64,000 bases of DNA. Source: Hormiphora californensis (taxonomy: Eukaryota; Animalia; Ctenophora). The first letter of the stretch is position 1. Each line of letters begins with the position of its first letter. This document shows, one piece after another, positions 37,966-52,196 of this stretch. The DNA is taken from positions 3,844,001-3,908,000 of the forward strand of contig CM035350.1 of the NCBI GenBank assembly GCA_020137815.1, in the 5' to 3' direction. The position numbers and the translations under genes are program-made. Under the pieces are notes generated by a model that was not told the DNA's origin, did not search any database, and was given only the letters and a program-made list of their open reading frames with translations.

Positions 37966-38812
37966 TCAGCACAGCACAGCACATTGAGGCGAAAGGTCAT
38001 TTGGAAATGGCGGGTACCCTCTGACTGGAGGACGATCGTGAAATCCTGTCAAGTAATTGCCCAATGATGATTTGAACTGATTCAAGCTCACACAAGAATT
38101 GACAGCAGCAGGTAGAGTGTTCCATAAATGAGCTGCTCTTGGACCAAATGAGCAGTGAAATTGATTAGCTCGTTTCGTTTCTGCTCTATAGGGGTATTTA
38201 TTTATTATTATTATTAAATCTAAAAATGTATACATTGCATTAACTCAACATATACGCCCCTTTTTGTGGGCAATTTGGATAGTCCTTTCGATTTAAAATT
38301 CAATGGTTAGAGTTCACTTAGCCACATTTAATGACCCCCTTACTAATCCAATAACGTCCATTCGGATTATCTCGTTTTAGTTCTTTCAGAGTATCAACAA
38401 GAGATTTCCGCTCTCGCTGTTCGTCTGGTGATAGGTCGGGAGAGAGAAAAACGGATGAAAACTTCTCTGAACTCTGCAGCTGCTTTGCTTTCCGAAGAAG
38501 CTGCAGCAAGGATTCCCTTCTTTCAAGGGTGACGATAACAGGTCTCGCTCGGTCATCAGTCCTTAGGCCAACCCGCTTTGTGGAGGTCACGACAGGTTTC
38601 TCATATAGGGGTAAGGTGGTGGGACTATCCGCATACCCAGTCTAGCGTGCTGTTGAAATACTAGGTTGGCAGAGTTAGGTACAAAACCATGAATCGTCTT
38701 CCACACATGAATCAGAATGTAGCGCTGTCTCCGACGCTGAAGGGACATAAGATTGAGCAATTTCAGTCTATCCCAATAGTCATGACCCTGCAAGCATCAG
38801 ACTTTCAATATC
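37966..38812 (-). mobile_element. CR1/L2-type LINE 3' RT fragment interrupted by a LINE ORF1 fragment (38197-38603)
   Basis: YWDRLKLLNLMSLQRRRQRY..VWK..PPPYPY continues as RAETKR..SFGPRAAHLWNTLP after the insert; duplicated target tataggggta at 38187-38196 and 38604-38613. Confidence 0.75.
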
Positions 38813-39396
38813 CCTCTAAATATATTTACATCGGTAGCATCGAAGATATTAGCTAAGGGGGTAGGTCCCAGACACAGGACGCGACGGCGGACGCTTGATT
38901 TAGAAAAAGCCAAAAGGAGGAAAAAAACCAAAACCCGAACGGCTTTTTTAAAACTTGCAACTTTTTTGAAATTTGCGACGCGACGCGCAGTGAATTATGA
39001 ACTGCGCGTCACAAACTGGCTGCGCAAAGATGTCGATTTCGCGCCAGTATGTAATGGTAAGTGTAAAGCCATGTAAATTACATTGTAATTTCTGGGTATA
39101 TCACCCCTCGATTTATCGGATTGCTAGAAAGGTATACCGAGGGTTGCTGGGTTGAATAATTATGTATTCATTAAACGATTTATTTTACAAGGTGTGGAAA
39201 GGGGTCAGATGTAACTTACAGTTCACTTCATTTATATATCATTTAACTTTAAAAATGCACATATTAATAACAGGTACAACGACTGTAAATACGATATTCT
39301 CTCTCTTTCTGATCAAATAATGATAAATCTAATATTCCGAAAACTTTACTAATGTCACTCAATAGATAAGTCATGTATGTCATTATGCGTTCCTTA

Positions 39397-42351
39397 TCAG
39401 TCAGCCTTCTTGCAATAGTACAACCTCATTGGGGCTTCCTGGGGAACGGAATATTATTATCATGTTAGATATCGTTATGTTAGATGTTAGATATTGTTAT
39501 GTTCTAAACCTCCTTTACATTTGTCCCGTGCAGGGCAGTGGGTCGAGCAAGGCAAGTTAGATCATGATAAGGTTATTTGTAAAACATCTGCAAATCGATT
39601 GCAAGAAACTAAAAGATTGTGGATGAACCTCAACTAAGAATGTGTGGCCCACACCGTCATTGAATGAGTCTGTTTACCTAGGTAACCAAACTAATTAACA
39701 TGATAATATGATAATATGATTACCTTGCGCTTCCAAGTATCCAACCAGATGTTTTCCAAGGTCAATTGCCCATCCAGAGGCTTGTTTTTACACGTTATCA
39801 GCAGACCGGTATCCTGAGGGCGATATTTTGTTATACAGGGTCAAATATCTATTGTATCTATTGAGTTTTGGTATTTGTACAGTGCCATGATGGCCAGCAT
39901 TTCCGGTAACCGCTGCCATGATTCAGAAACGTTCTACACACAAGCGGAGAGGGGCGGCAGGAGCTGGCTCGCGCGGCCAACTCTACCCAAAGCGTATCGC
40001 GCGTTACCTTCAAGACAGTCTTGTCACGAATATAATTCTCCAGATGAGAGACTTTCAGGCGCATCGAACATCGGATGTATTTCATCGGAACACTCTCATC
40101 ATGTGGGGCATCTTTCCTGGAAAAAGAGTGGCAATTAACAGGGCAATGTGATTAACATTCCTTTTATCGAGAACTTACACAAAGTTACAAGTTACAAAGT
40201 AGGTTGAACACACAAAGAGTACAAGCACACAAAGCAGGGACTTACTTGGATGGCTCAAGGGAGATTGAAATCTTGATATCATTCTTGTGAAACCATGTGT
40301 TACCATCATTAGGTGGACCTGGGGGAGATGGTGATTGGAGTGTAGTCTACTACATGATGTATCTTCGTGCACCGCCTTGCCTTGTTCAAAAGGGTTTGAA
40401 CAAATTACAATACAAGCTCAGCCCGGTGTGGAGAGATGACATGGTATTTAGTGAGAAAACCAGTGCAGCTGTAGTGGGTGGATGTAATAACCTCTTTTAC
40501 TATTCTATAACCAGTTAACCACTAAGTGATAACATGGTATAGAACAGATATATGTATATACAGGGTGTCCCATATATTCTGTGGGTCGGTTGGCGAGCTG
40601 TCACGCAAAAACGGTGATAGTTGTGTGAAAACAAACTACGGGAGTGTGCTGGATTAATTCCTTCCTAACTGATGGCTTTGTTTTTAAATTAAATTTCAAA
40701 AGTTCATTTTTCATGAATGAACATTCCTGTCATTCATTCGTGAATTCTGAAATATTGTTTACCTTGAGTAAAAAACTTTTCTTTGGCTCGAAATTATCTT
40801 TCCAATGAGCACCATAAAAATCAAATTGAAGCACCGGATCGCATGGCAGGTGAGAAAATGCAAATGCATGATTTTGGCCATTCCTGCGACTTTCAATCAG
40901 CTGTATCACCGCTACTTTCAGTTCAATCCTTTTAAAAGTTTGGGTGAACATTGGTGAAGATAAGATCTTTGCTCACAAGAAAAATCAAGGTCAAAACTCA
41001 AAGTTCATTTTTCATTTTTGGTAGTTCATTCCACTCATTCAGGAACAAACATCCCTAAAGTGACGAAAAGGTTTGGGTTTTGTTTGGCCCATGTCCTGAA
41101 ACGACAGAGAGGTGTAAAAACGTGTTTCCGGGCTAGTTAGTGGGTGTCCATGTGATCATTATGATATCTGACACCTGTGCTGAGCCATAATTAAGAGATT
41201 TTCTCAAATTCAAACATGGGATACGAGTATTCTGCGATTGGTATCGTGCACCAATAACAAGAGATCCCATAGCACCTCAAAAATTATGATTAGCTAAATG
41301 AAATGAGTTGATTCACGCTTGAAAATGTTCGTTTAGTCCGAATTTACATTGGTTTTAATCTTTTCAATCGTAAATCAACTCATTTTTAGCTAATCATAAT
41401 TTTTGAGGTGCTATGGGATCTCTTGTTATTGGTGCACGATACCAATCACAGAATACTCGTATCCCATGTTTGAATTTGAGAAAATCTCTTAATTATGGCT
41501 CAGCACAGGTGTCAGATATCATAATGATCACATGGACACCCACTAACTAGCCCGGAAACACGTTTTTACACCTCTCTGCCGTTTCAGGACATGGGCCAAA
41601 CAAAACCCAAACCTTTTCGTCACTTTAGGGATGTTTGTTCCTGAATGAGTGGAATGAACTACCAAAAATGAAAAATGAACTTTGAGTTTTGACCTTGATT
41701 TTTCTTGTGAGCAAAGATCTTATCTTCACCAATGTTCACCCAAACTTTTAAAAGGATTGAACTGAAAGTAGCGGTGATACAGCTGATTGAAAGTTGCAGG
41801 AATGGCCAAAATCATGCATTTGCATTTTCTCACCTGCCATGCGATCCGGTGCTTCAATTTGATTTTTATGGTGCTCATTGGAAAGATAATTTCGAGCCAA
41901 AGAAAAGTTTTTTACTCAAGGTAAACAATATTTCAGAATTCACGAATGAATGACAGGAATGTTCATTCATGAAAAATGAACTTTTGAAATTTAATTTAAC
42001 AACAAAGCCATCAGTTAGGACAGGAATTAATACAGCACCACTCCCGTAGTTTGTTTTCACACAACTATCACCGTTTTTGCGTGAACTGCTCGCCAACCGA
42101 CCCACAGAATATATGGGACACCCTGTATACAGATAGTAATGAGATACATATCCGTGATATACATCCCCTCACCAACAACTGGTATCTTGGAGGGTGATCA
42201 TGATGGTTATAATAATCTACCCGTCTGGACTCAGAGGTGTTGAGTCTGTTAGTAGTTGACTGTTCTAAGGTGAACTTGTTCCTGTCTTGTATACTCTCGT
42301 TCAGCGACAGGGGCAAAGTTTATCTAGCACCCCCGTAGCGCCTCATCCAAC
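39397..42351 (-). pseudogene. Partial second copy of the PCGF gene (exons 5-9 only); pseudogene or uncollapsed haplotype
   Basis: Exons ~42351-42222 (with indels), 40317-40245, 40116-40008, 39813-39724, 39438-39397 match the 52.3-54.6 kb copy; similarity ends next to the N at 42609. Confidence 0.65.
40561..42125. mobile_element. Tc1/mariner-type foldback element (TA TSD, ~755-bp arms, ~50-bp spacer)
   Basis: ta|CAGGGTGTCCCATATATTCTG...CAGAATATATGGGACACCCTG|ta; mirrored ORFs 40730-40951 and 41732-41953. Confidence 0.85.
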
Positions 42352-42793
42352 CTGGGGAAAGGTGGTAGGGGTAGCGAACAGTCCGGGGTAGAAGTTATCT
42401 AGCACCCCCTGTAGCGCCTTCATCAAACTGGCAGTACGGGGATAGGTGGTAGGGGCAGGGAGAGGGTTAGGGGCAGTACCGGGGATAGGTGGTTAGGGGC
42501 GGCGCAGTACCGGGGGGGTGGAAAGTTGGTTAGGGGCAGGAGCAGTAATACTGGGGAGGAAAACTAGGGAAGGGGGGTGGTGGTTATTTGTAATTTGGAT
42601 GACAGAAANACAGTCTGTGTGTATTACAGACAATCATGAAATGTGAATCAGTTTGTGTTGAGAGTTGACACTACACATGAGCAGCTAGTATCTTTTATCT
42701 ACTAGTACTAGTAATATACTAGCAGTTAGACTACAAAGCGGGAGTCCGGAGTATTGTATGATGATACTATCTGTCTCTTTCTGTCTGATACAG

Positions 42794-42862
<69 letters not shown>

Positions 42863-43014
42863 CTCTCTCTCACACTCTCTCTCTCACTAGCTCTCTCACT
42901 CTTCCTCGGCCTCGCTAGCAACAACTGAACCTCTTCTAATTCTCCAAATCTTCTCTGGACCCCGGCCAATTGTGTGCGCGCTAGATTATATACTCTCAAA
43001 TCGCAATCATGCCA

Positions 43015-43098
43015 GTTCCTCCATGGTGCAGTGGATGATACACCCGCTTGACACGCAGAACTTCCAGGGTTCGACACTTGACTCGGATCATTTTTTTT
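43015..43098 (+). other. Degenerate tRNA-derived (SINE-like) sequence
   Basis: A-box-like tggtgcagtgg, B-box-like ggttcgacac, then a T run; acceptor stem pairs poorly. Confidence 0.35.
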
Positions 43099-43244
43099 CG
43101 AAACTTTTAAAATACTAACACTTGGTATAGCACTAAGTGTTTTTAGACTATTAAATTAAAGTTCCACTATCTTGAACTTTTATTTTAACTTAGAGGGGAA
43201 AAATCGGCAAAATCGGGATACAGTTTGGCCATTCTCGGCCAAAA

Positions 43245-43690
43245 AATATGCTGGGACACCGGCCAGACAGACTTGGCCAGAACTGTCCTTGCTGCCTCTC
43301 TGGTCCTAAACACTACCCGAACAAGTCGTACTCGCTTACCACTTCTCCCGAGTCTTTCAACTTTCGAGACCACTGATTCAGTGGTCTCGAAAGTGGCACT
43401 GAAGCTTCACCAAGTTCCTGGAACACGTCCTTTATCTTGTCACAGTCGTTACTATCCGCAGATTCAGGTAGTCCATACACTATCAAATTGGTGGAGTGAT
43501 CTTCCGAGGCACTGACAATAGCTGTCCGGATCTTGCTGGGGGCAAGAGCAGATACACAACTCTCTTTAACAGCAGTGGCGGCAGTCTCCAAAACAGTGGA
43601 ATAGCTCTTTATCTCCTCCTTGACCACTGATTGTACAGCACTGATACTATTACTCTTCTACAGTAGAGAATCCTTGTAGGCGATGATAGT
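43245..43690 (-). mobile_element. LINE ORF1 fragment
   Basis: IKSYSTVL..EDHSTNLIVYGLPE and VERLGRSGKRVRLVRVVF in two frames. Confidence 0.6.
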
Positions 43691-43699
43691 CAGTGAGTT

Positions 43700-44325
<626 letters not shown>

Positions 44326-44394
44326 ACTCGTAGTTACGAGAGAGAGAGTTGAGAGGAGAAGAGCGGTGAATGAATGAGTTGAGACAAACGCGTA

Positions 44395-44425
<31 letters not shown>

Positions 44426-44494
44426 AGTCACTGTATACCTTTTTACCACATAAAGGTAGCCAAATATGTTTTGACAAAAACCAGGAACCACTTC

Positions 44495-45690
44495 GTTGAC
44501 GACGCTATAGGAGCTGCTAGGGATTATGATCACGCCGAGTCCTTCTTCTCCTAAATCAACTCCCTTGCTCCAGATCTCAAGTACACCATCGAGCACCCTA
44601 AGGATGGACTTCTCCCCTATCTCGACGTCCTTCTCCATCCCGACCTCTCTACCTCTGTCTACCGGAAACCTACACATACCAACCTCTATCTCAAGTACAA
44701 CTCCTCTACTCCTGCCTCTACACGCCGCTCTGTTATCCAATTAACCCGTCGGGCCTACAACATCTGTTCTCGAAGAGGAACTCGACACAGTCTACAACAT
44801 CTGTCTCTGCAATGGATTTCCTCCCTACGAGATCTCCACTCTGATGTCTACTGTTCGGGACCGCCTTCTACACCCCAAACCATCAAAATCCCGTCTTCCT
44901 TCTTCCTTCGTCCACCGTGTAGTCCTACCCTATCACCCGGACCTCTCCTCTCGACTCAAACGGACCCTCAACCGCTACAACATAGACGTCACCTTCTCTT
45001 CCTCTTCTACACTACGGAACATCCTCACCCAGACCAAATCTTCGCTTCCTTCTGATAGTACTCCCAACTCCATCTACTCCATTCCCTGCCGCGACTGCTC
45101 ATCTTTCTACGTTGGCCAGACCAAGCGACCAGTGAAAACCCGGATTAAGGAGCACGAATATAACTTCTACAACAACTCTCTCTACAACAAAGATGGGAAG
45201 ATGAAATCTGCTCCTCCTATCCACGCTCGGGAATCTGGACACACCCTGGACTAGAATTCTACATCTATCCTCTCATCTTCTTCCTCCTGCCTCAGTCTAA
45301 ATCTACTGGAACAATCGGCTATTCACACTCTTCAACCGGCGATTAACCGAACAGATAAAGTTTCTACTGTCAACCTCCAATGGATTCACCTTCTCCCCAG
45401 GATTGCCAACTCCTTCAAACCCCGACCTGCTGGCATCTCCATCAAACCTAGATCTCCCAAACCTGTTTCCTAATTCTCTTCAGCTCGGATCACCTATTCT
45501 CCCTTGCTGTGGATCACCTCCCCTATCCCCCTCCTCTCGGATCGCATCTTCCCTCTCGGATCTCATCCCTTCCTCTCCCCTCCCCGGATCCCATATCCTC
45601 TTCTCCACTACATAAACACTTTCATTTTCATTGTTGTTATAGCTGAAGACGTCTGACATAGATCAGTCGAAAGCTCCTGTTCTTAATTGA
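44495..45690 (+). mobile_element. Penelope-like retroelement, 5'-truncated (RT thumb + GIY-YIG endonuclease), with stops and frameshifts
   Basis: LKYTIEHPKDGLLPYLDV..VYRKPTHTNLYLKYNS and NSIYSIPCRDCSSFYVGQTKRPVKTRIKEH. Confidence 0.85.
45637..45682 (+). ncRNA. Minimal type I hammerhead ribozyme at the Penelope 3' end
   Basis: atag-CTGAAGA-c-GTCTGA cataga TCAGTC-GAAA-gc-TC-ctgt: core, stem II and stem I pairing visible. Penelope elements are known to carry such minimal hammerheads. Confidence 0.55.
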
Positions 45691-45794
45691 ATATTAGTAC
45701 TGCAAAATCTTTGTTTCTCTTTAAAAGAACAGGTACAACTAACAAAAGAAAACGAAAACATACTAAAGAAACAGCTAAACGACAGCAGACAATG

Positions 45795-47531
45795 GAGAAC
45801 CGTCGCGTAAACAGGAACCGTACACAGGGAACCGTACATAGAGAACCGTACATAGAGAACCGTACATAGAGAACCGCACATAGAGAACCGCACATAGAGA
45901 ACCGTACAACTACATAGAGAACCGTACATAGACTTAGAGAACCGTACAACTACATAGAGAACCGTACATAGAGAACCGTACATAGAGAACCGTACATAGA
46001 GAACCGTACACGAGAACCGTACAACTACATAGAGAACTACATAGAGAACGTACAACTACATAGAGAACGCTACATAGAGAACCGTACATAGAGAACCGTA
46101 CAACTACATGAGAACCTACATAGAGAACGTACACTACATAGAGAAGTACATAAGAAACGTACAACTACATAGAGAACCGTACATAGAGAACCGTACAACT
46201 ACATAGAGAACCGTACATAGAGAACCGTACAACTACATAGAGAACCGTACATAGAGAACCGTACAACTACATAGAGAATCGTACATAGAGAACCGCACAT
46301 AGAGAACCGCACATAGAGAACCGTACAACTACATAGAGAACCGTACATAGACTTAGAGAACCGTACAACTACATAGAGAACCGTACATAGAGAACCGTAC
46401 ATAGAGAACCGTACATAGAGAACCGTACACAGAGAACCGTACAACTACATAGAGAACCGTACATAGAGAACCGTACAACTACATAGAGAACCGTACATAG
46501 AGAACCGTACAACTAAATAGAGAATCGTACATAGAGAACCGTACATAGAGAACCGTACATAGAGAACCGTACATAGAGAACCGTACAACAATAGAGAACC
46601 GTACATAGAGAACGTACACAAATAGAGAATACATAGAGAACCGTACATAGAGAACCGTACATAGAGAACCGTACATAGAGAACCGTACATAGAGAACCGT
46701 ACATAGAGAACCGTACATAGAGAACCGTACATAGAGAATCGTACATAGACTTAGAGAACCGTACAACTACATAGAGAACCGTACATAGAGAACCGTACAT
46801 AGAGAACCGTACATAGAGAACCGTACACAGAGAACCGTACAACTACATAGAGAACCGTACATAGAGAACCGTACAACTACATAGAGAACCGTACATAGAG
46901 AACCGTACAACTAAATAGAGAATCGTACATAGAGAACCGTACATAGAGAACCGTACATAGAGAACCGTACATAGAGAACCGTACAACTACATAGAGAACC
47001 GTACATAGAGAACCGTACAACTAAATAGAGAACCGTACATAGAGAACCGTACATAGAGAACCGTACATAGAGAACCGTACATAGAGAACCGTACATAGAG
47101 AACCGTACATAGAGAACCGTACATAGAGAACCGTACATAGAGAATCGTACATAGAGAATCGTACATAGAGAACCGTACATAGAGAACCGTACATAGAGAA
47201 CCGTACATAGAGAATCGTACATAGAGAACCGTACATAGAGAACCGTACATAGAGAACCGTACACATTGTACACAACTACGGTATTAGGACTCATTACCGA
47301 AAGGACGCATGACCGAATGAAATTCAATCCCCCTTATCTCTTAACCCCTAACCCCTAACCACACCCTAACCCCCACCTAACCCTACCTCACCCCTAACCA
47401 CACCCTAACACTCACCCTAACCCTAACCCTAACCCTAAAACGTAGCCCTAAAACTTGGTCGGTCATGCGTCCATTCGGTCATAAGTCCGGCGCCCCACAA
47501 CTACATAGAGAACCGTACATAGAGAACCGTC
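45795..47531. repeat. 14-bp satellite (ACATAGAGAACCGT)n with 20-bp variants (+ACAACT)
   Basis: Directly visible tandem array. Confidence 0.95.
47280..47495. mobile_element. MITE with internal (CCCTAA)-like tract, possible 9-bp TSD (MULE-like)
   Basis: Imperfect TIRs (ggac..accgaa.ggacgcatgaccga); cacaactac on both flanks. Confidence 0.55.
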
Positions 47532-47929
47532 GACAGACTCTATGACTGATGCCATAGGTTCCCCCCATTTCACCGAAGTTGAGAAACGAAAGGGGGGAGC
47601 TTAGCGCCATAGTTACCCATACCCGGGTGGTATGTGGTTTGCTCAGCGTGTGGCTAAGTGACCCAAAAAATACCGTAAACAGGCCTCTTCTCCATTTAGA
47701 GATGGGGACCTGTGTGACACAGTTATAGTGGTACTTGTATCTTAATCCCTTGGCCCTTGCCGGCGCTTATAAGTCGTGGTCGGTCCATATCTTCCCATTT
47801 CCTTCTCAAGAGAGAGCACAAAATGAATGTGACTTCGAGTGCAACGCAACCGGAATCGTGTCTTTATCTCATCTGGAACCGGAGATATGATCATTTGAAA
47901 CAAATGACAAAAAATTGCTGTGGAGACTC

Positions 47930-48745
47930 TTTTATAAAGTCGGATTTTTTGAAACTGTCACCCCCCTGAAATAACAAATTTGTCATATCTCCGGTTCCTG
48001 ATAAGATAGAGACTTGAAATTTGGAGGTTCGGAAGAACTTAGCAAGATCTTTATAACCTCCAAATTTCAAGTCTCTATCTCATCAGGAACCGGACTTATG
48101 GTCATTTAAAGAAATTTGAAAACTCAGGGGGGTGACAGTTTCAAAAAATCCGACTTTACAGCTTCATCCAACGCGACCTGTAAGAATCGGATAAAGGGGG
48201 GGGTCGACCGATCTTGGATCGGATAAAGATCAAACTTTTAACAAGGACAGTACGCGCAAGTAACTAACTGCCTTGCGCGCCACTTTACGTATCGCGCGCG
48301 GCTCTACTTGTGCGCGTGCAAAATCGGCGCGGTGTTTCCATTTGGTATATTTCGGCGGATACCCCTACTGTGTTAACGTGTAGCACGCGCAGCGTAAATT
48401 AAAATATCGCACGCGCACGAGTTGAGAGGTGAACAGTTGAATAAAAATGGACTTTAAAGTCGGATTTTTTGAAGTTGTCACCCCCCTTTTCGTGCGCGGA
48501 ATGTTTTTGCGCGTCACATCACATGTTAACGTGTGGTGTGCGCGTCAAAATTGATAAATTTCACATGCGCGGTCATTTTGGGGTGACAACTTCAAAAAAT
48601 CCGACTTTAAGGTGAAAGCGAAACAACAACGAACTGGCTGCGCGTCGCGCATTCGTTGCGCATAACGATCTCACCGGTGAGATTCATATGCGCAACGTTG
48701 CACAACGCGCAGCCAGTTCGTTGTTGTTTCGCTTACACTTTAAAA
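47930..48745. mobile_element. Cluster of short palindromic MITEs (aagtcggattttttgaa.. family, also at 54229-54386; aagtccattttt..caactgttcaccc family, also at 57040-57195 and 58681-58835)
   Basis: Inverted termini, e.g. ttaaagtcggattttttgaagttgtcaccc...gggtgacaacttcaaaaaatccgactttaa at 48454-48610; separate palindrome at 48612-48738. Confidence 0.7.
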
Positions 48746-48935
48746 CGCGAGGAAATTTTCAATGAATTTTAAAATTTTACACTGCGCGCGTAATTCTAGG
48801 TTCCGCGCGCGGCGTAAAAAAGCAGCGCTTTTTTGGAAAAATTCGCGCGTTACAGTAAATGATTTACCAATTACCATTTACCAGGTCACGGGTTCCCAGC
48901 AAACGGGTACTCTAGTATGATAAAATGTAAGAGAT

Positions 48936-49370
48936 CTAAGATGCTGATATTGATAAACGGTAACTATGCCAATCTTCTGTGACTGTCAAGTTGGTGAAGC
49001 CAGTCGTTTGTGCAACCTCAATAGTATTTTCATCTTTAGAAAACAGATCAAATCGTGATATACCCCGTTCCTTTCCCTCAGAAATTACTGCCTCGAACAA
49101 GCAAACTTTAATGTGGTTATTATCGGCAACTATTGTCCGTATCACAACCGATTCTGCTACCCAGGTACTGTAGTGTGGGTAGGAGAGGAGAATCCCTACT
49201 ATTTTATCGTCATCTCGAGCAATGAAAACTCTAATGGCCTCCATCTTGATCATATTCCATATGTCGTCGATAGCCACTGTTGCTGATTTGACTGTGTTGG
49301 TGTAGTATGAGCACATTGCTACCACGTCTTCTCTAGCTATCACTTTGCTACATACAATAGGATCCTTCAT
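48936..49370 (-). CDS. GNAT/SSAT-like protein, copy 3
   Basis: Near-identical to copies 1 and 2; ATG at 49370 preceded by ttag|tgaa. Confidence 0.72.
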   Translation of the reverse strand: MKDPIVCSKVIAREDVVAMCSYYTNTVKSATVAIDDIWNMIKMEAIRVFIARDDDKIVGILLSYPHYSTWVAESVVIRTIVADNNHIKVCLFEAVISEGKERGISRFDLFSKDENTIEVAQTTGFTNLTVTEDWHSYRLSISAS

Positions 49371-49913
49371 TTCACTAATCTTCAATTATCAGTATCACTA
49401 ATTAGGAAAGATGAATCATAAATGCAGATATTGGAAAATGTAGCTTCTCCCTTCGGTCGACCGGAAGGGGGAACGCGGCCATGTTTCGACCGCGAAGTTA
49501 TTCAAAACCGAGATTTCTAAACCCTTCATGATATTTTTAGCACACGTGCTAAAACGATCATGCCGGGTGGATGCCCTTCGGGCATTCACCCAGACAGGGG
49601 AAAATCGACTGTAGCTAAGGAAGCAGCTGGCAGGTCCCACTTCCCAGACGCGGGACTCTTGGTTTAGAAAAAGGAAGAAAAAAATAGAAGAAACATTGGC
49701 AAACGCTGCTGGCCCCCGGGATAAGGCAGCGCTTTTAAAGAAGAAACGGCTTTTTTAAACTTGAGGTCTCAAAATAAAAAAAAATTGAAACTTTTTTGGA
49801 ATTTGCGACGCGACGCGCAGTGAATTACGCACTGCGCGTCACAAACTGGCTACGCAAATATGCCAATTTCGCGCCAGCATGTAATGGTAAATGTAAAGCC
49901 ATGTACTTTCTGG

Positions 49914-50110
49914 GTATTCTGAATAAAGAGTTCAGAGCAAGAATTAAATAACTAAGCTACCAAACCCTATATATAGGGTTTGGTAGCTTAGTGGTTTATA
50001 GCTCCGAGCATGTCTCTCTGGAGGTCCCTGGTTCAATTCCCGGTCAAACCCAGTATTTTTCGATTTTCTTCCCTATTTAATTCTTGCTCTGAACTCTTTA
50101 TTCAGAATAC
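49914..50110 (+). other. 37-bp-TIR palindromic element enclosing a tRNA-like cloverleaf (49977-50052) with a T5 terminator
   Basis: TIR gtattctgaataaagagttcagagcaagaattaaata; inner GGTTTGG-TAGCTTAGTGG...GGTTCAATTCC..TCAAACC followed by ttttt. Confidence 0.55.
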
Positions 50111-50548
50111 TAATTAATCTCTCCTTAACCGAGTTCTGCCCGTGTATGTGTGAGATTCCCCATTAAACTGTTGTACAGAGGGCGCGTGTGTGTGTGTGCA
50201 TTGATCACCAGAAGGAGATATCAAAATTACTTCCTTTCTGGGTATGACAACATATGACTTAGTCATACCCAGGCATTGCATTTCTCCTTCTCTTACTAAC
50301 AGTCATCCCTCGATTTATCGGATTGCTAGCCTCGGCAGAAGGGTATACCGAGGTGAAATATCAAGCGGAAGTAGCGATTTATCGAGGGTTGCTGGCTTGA
50401 ATAATTATGTATTCATTAAAGTTTAATTTAAACGATTTATTTTACAAGGTGTGGAAAGGGGTCAAATGTAACTTACAGTTCACTTCATTTATATATCATT
50501 TAACTTTAAAAATGCACATATTAATAACAGGTACAACGACTGTAAATA

Positions 50549-52196
50549 CCGTGTGCGGCAAAAAAAAGGCCCCCCCCTAGACCACCATAGTTGCCGATGT
50601 GGTGGAGAGCTGTAACTTGGCAGGGTTGCTCCACTATGTCTATCTTGATCCTGACAGAAAAATCAGAGCTCTAGCTCAAAATTCATTTTCATGAACGGAA
50701 TGAACTTCTCCGTTCCTTCGATATGAGACCCCCTCATCATTCAGAATTTTTTGCCTGTCTTTGGCTAACGATTATCTTTGTAATGAGACCAATTTGAGCA
50801 TAATCTGATTACCAGGAGAGACACAGTGGAGGGTTTTCCGACCGTCACTCCTGACATGTGATCCAGGCCCGGTCACGTGGTGAAAAGTGGGTTTGGGGTG
50901 CTGTTAACATGTCTCAATAACGGATTATTGCTCTCATATCCCTTGAATATCCCTCCACAATGCTCTCAAGTCACTTTGTGATGCTGATTGATTGGGTTCA
51001 TGTCACCAGTTCTTGTCAAAGTTCTCAAGCGGCCCGTGATACGAGATCATTTCATCAAGGAGGGGCCATCTTGTGTCACTAATCAGCCTATCATCTCACA
51101 TTACACTAGCCAAGGGATCTGGGGTATTTAAATCTTCAAATGTTCATCAAAATCATTCCCAATCGTTACTTGCAATGCATTTTACACCCGAACAGAGGAA
51201 CTTCATCTGGCTCAAGAAGGAAACCAACACCCTCTACCCCACCATCGAACAGGAGTTCTTTATCATCTCGCAGATGTCGCCAGTCTAATCGCTCTCCTGC
51301 GGGTGGACTGGATTGGTGTTGTCTGTGTGTCTCTCAGTACTGCTGTTGTGGAAGCAGGACCTGTAGCAGACTTCATCCTTCCGGATCGTCCAGGATTGTT
51401 GTTTTTGGAGTGGCCCTCGTCTGAAACTGTCCGATGGATCTTTCTGCAGGACTTCTTGGATGGGGCATGGCGGCCAAACTTGATAAAGAACTCCTGTTCG
51501 ATGGTGGGGTAGAGGGTGTTGGTTTCCTTCTTGAGCCAGATGAAGTTCCTCTGTTCGGGTGTAAAATGCATTGCAAGTAACGATTGGGAATGATTTTGAT
51601 GAACATTTGAAGATTTAAATACCCCAGATCCCTTGGCTAGTGTAATGTGAGATGATAGGCTGATTAGTGACACAAGATGGCCCCTCCTTGATGAAATGAT
51701 CTCGTATCACGGGCCGCTTGAGAACTTTGACAAGAACTGGTGACATGAACCCAATCAATCAGCATCACAAAGTGACTTGAGAGCATTGTGGAGGGATATT
51801 CAAGGGATATGAGAGCAATAATCCGTTATTGAGACATGTTAACAGCACCCCAAACCCACTTTTCACCACGTGACCGGGCCTGGATCACATGTCAGGAGTG
51901 ACGGTCGGAAAACCCTCCACTGTGTCTCTCCTGGTAATCAGATTATGCTCAAATTGGTCTCATTACAAAGATAATCGTTAGCCAAAGACGGGCAAAAAAT
52001 TCTGAATGATGAGGGGGTCTCATATCGAAGGAACGGAGAAGTTCATTCCGTTCATGAAAATGAATTTTGAGCTAGAGCTCTGATTTTTCTGTCAGGATCA
52101 AGATAGACATAGTGGAGCAACCCTGCCAAGTTACAGCTCTCCACCACATCGGCAACTATGGTGGTCTAGGGGGGGCCTTTTTTTTGCCGCACACGG
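50549..52196. mobile_element. Tc1/mariner foldback made of two left ends (TA TSD, ~715-bp arms) retaining the transposase N-terminal HTH
   Basis: ta|CCGTGTGCGGCAAAAAAAAGG...CCTTTTTTTTGCCGCACACGG|ta; empty site gactgtaaata|cgatattct at ~39290; ORF MHFTPEQRNFI..EFFIKFGRHAPSKKSCRKI..GRSGR..P.QSTRRRA on the minus strand. Confidence 0.85.

Noticed and set aside
40730-41953. Paired 73-aa ORFs on opposite strands (similar pairs at 21228-23022 and 51073-51673)
   Set aside because: Mirror images produced by foldback arms; not independent genes.
45663-47327. MYGSLCTVLYVRFS-repeat ORFs
   Set aside because: Translations of the 14-bp satellite.
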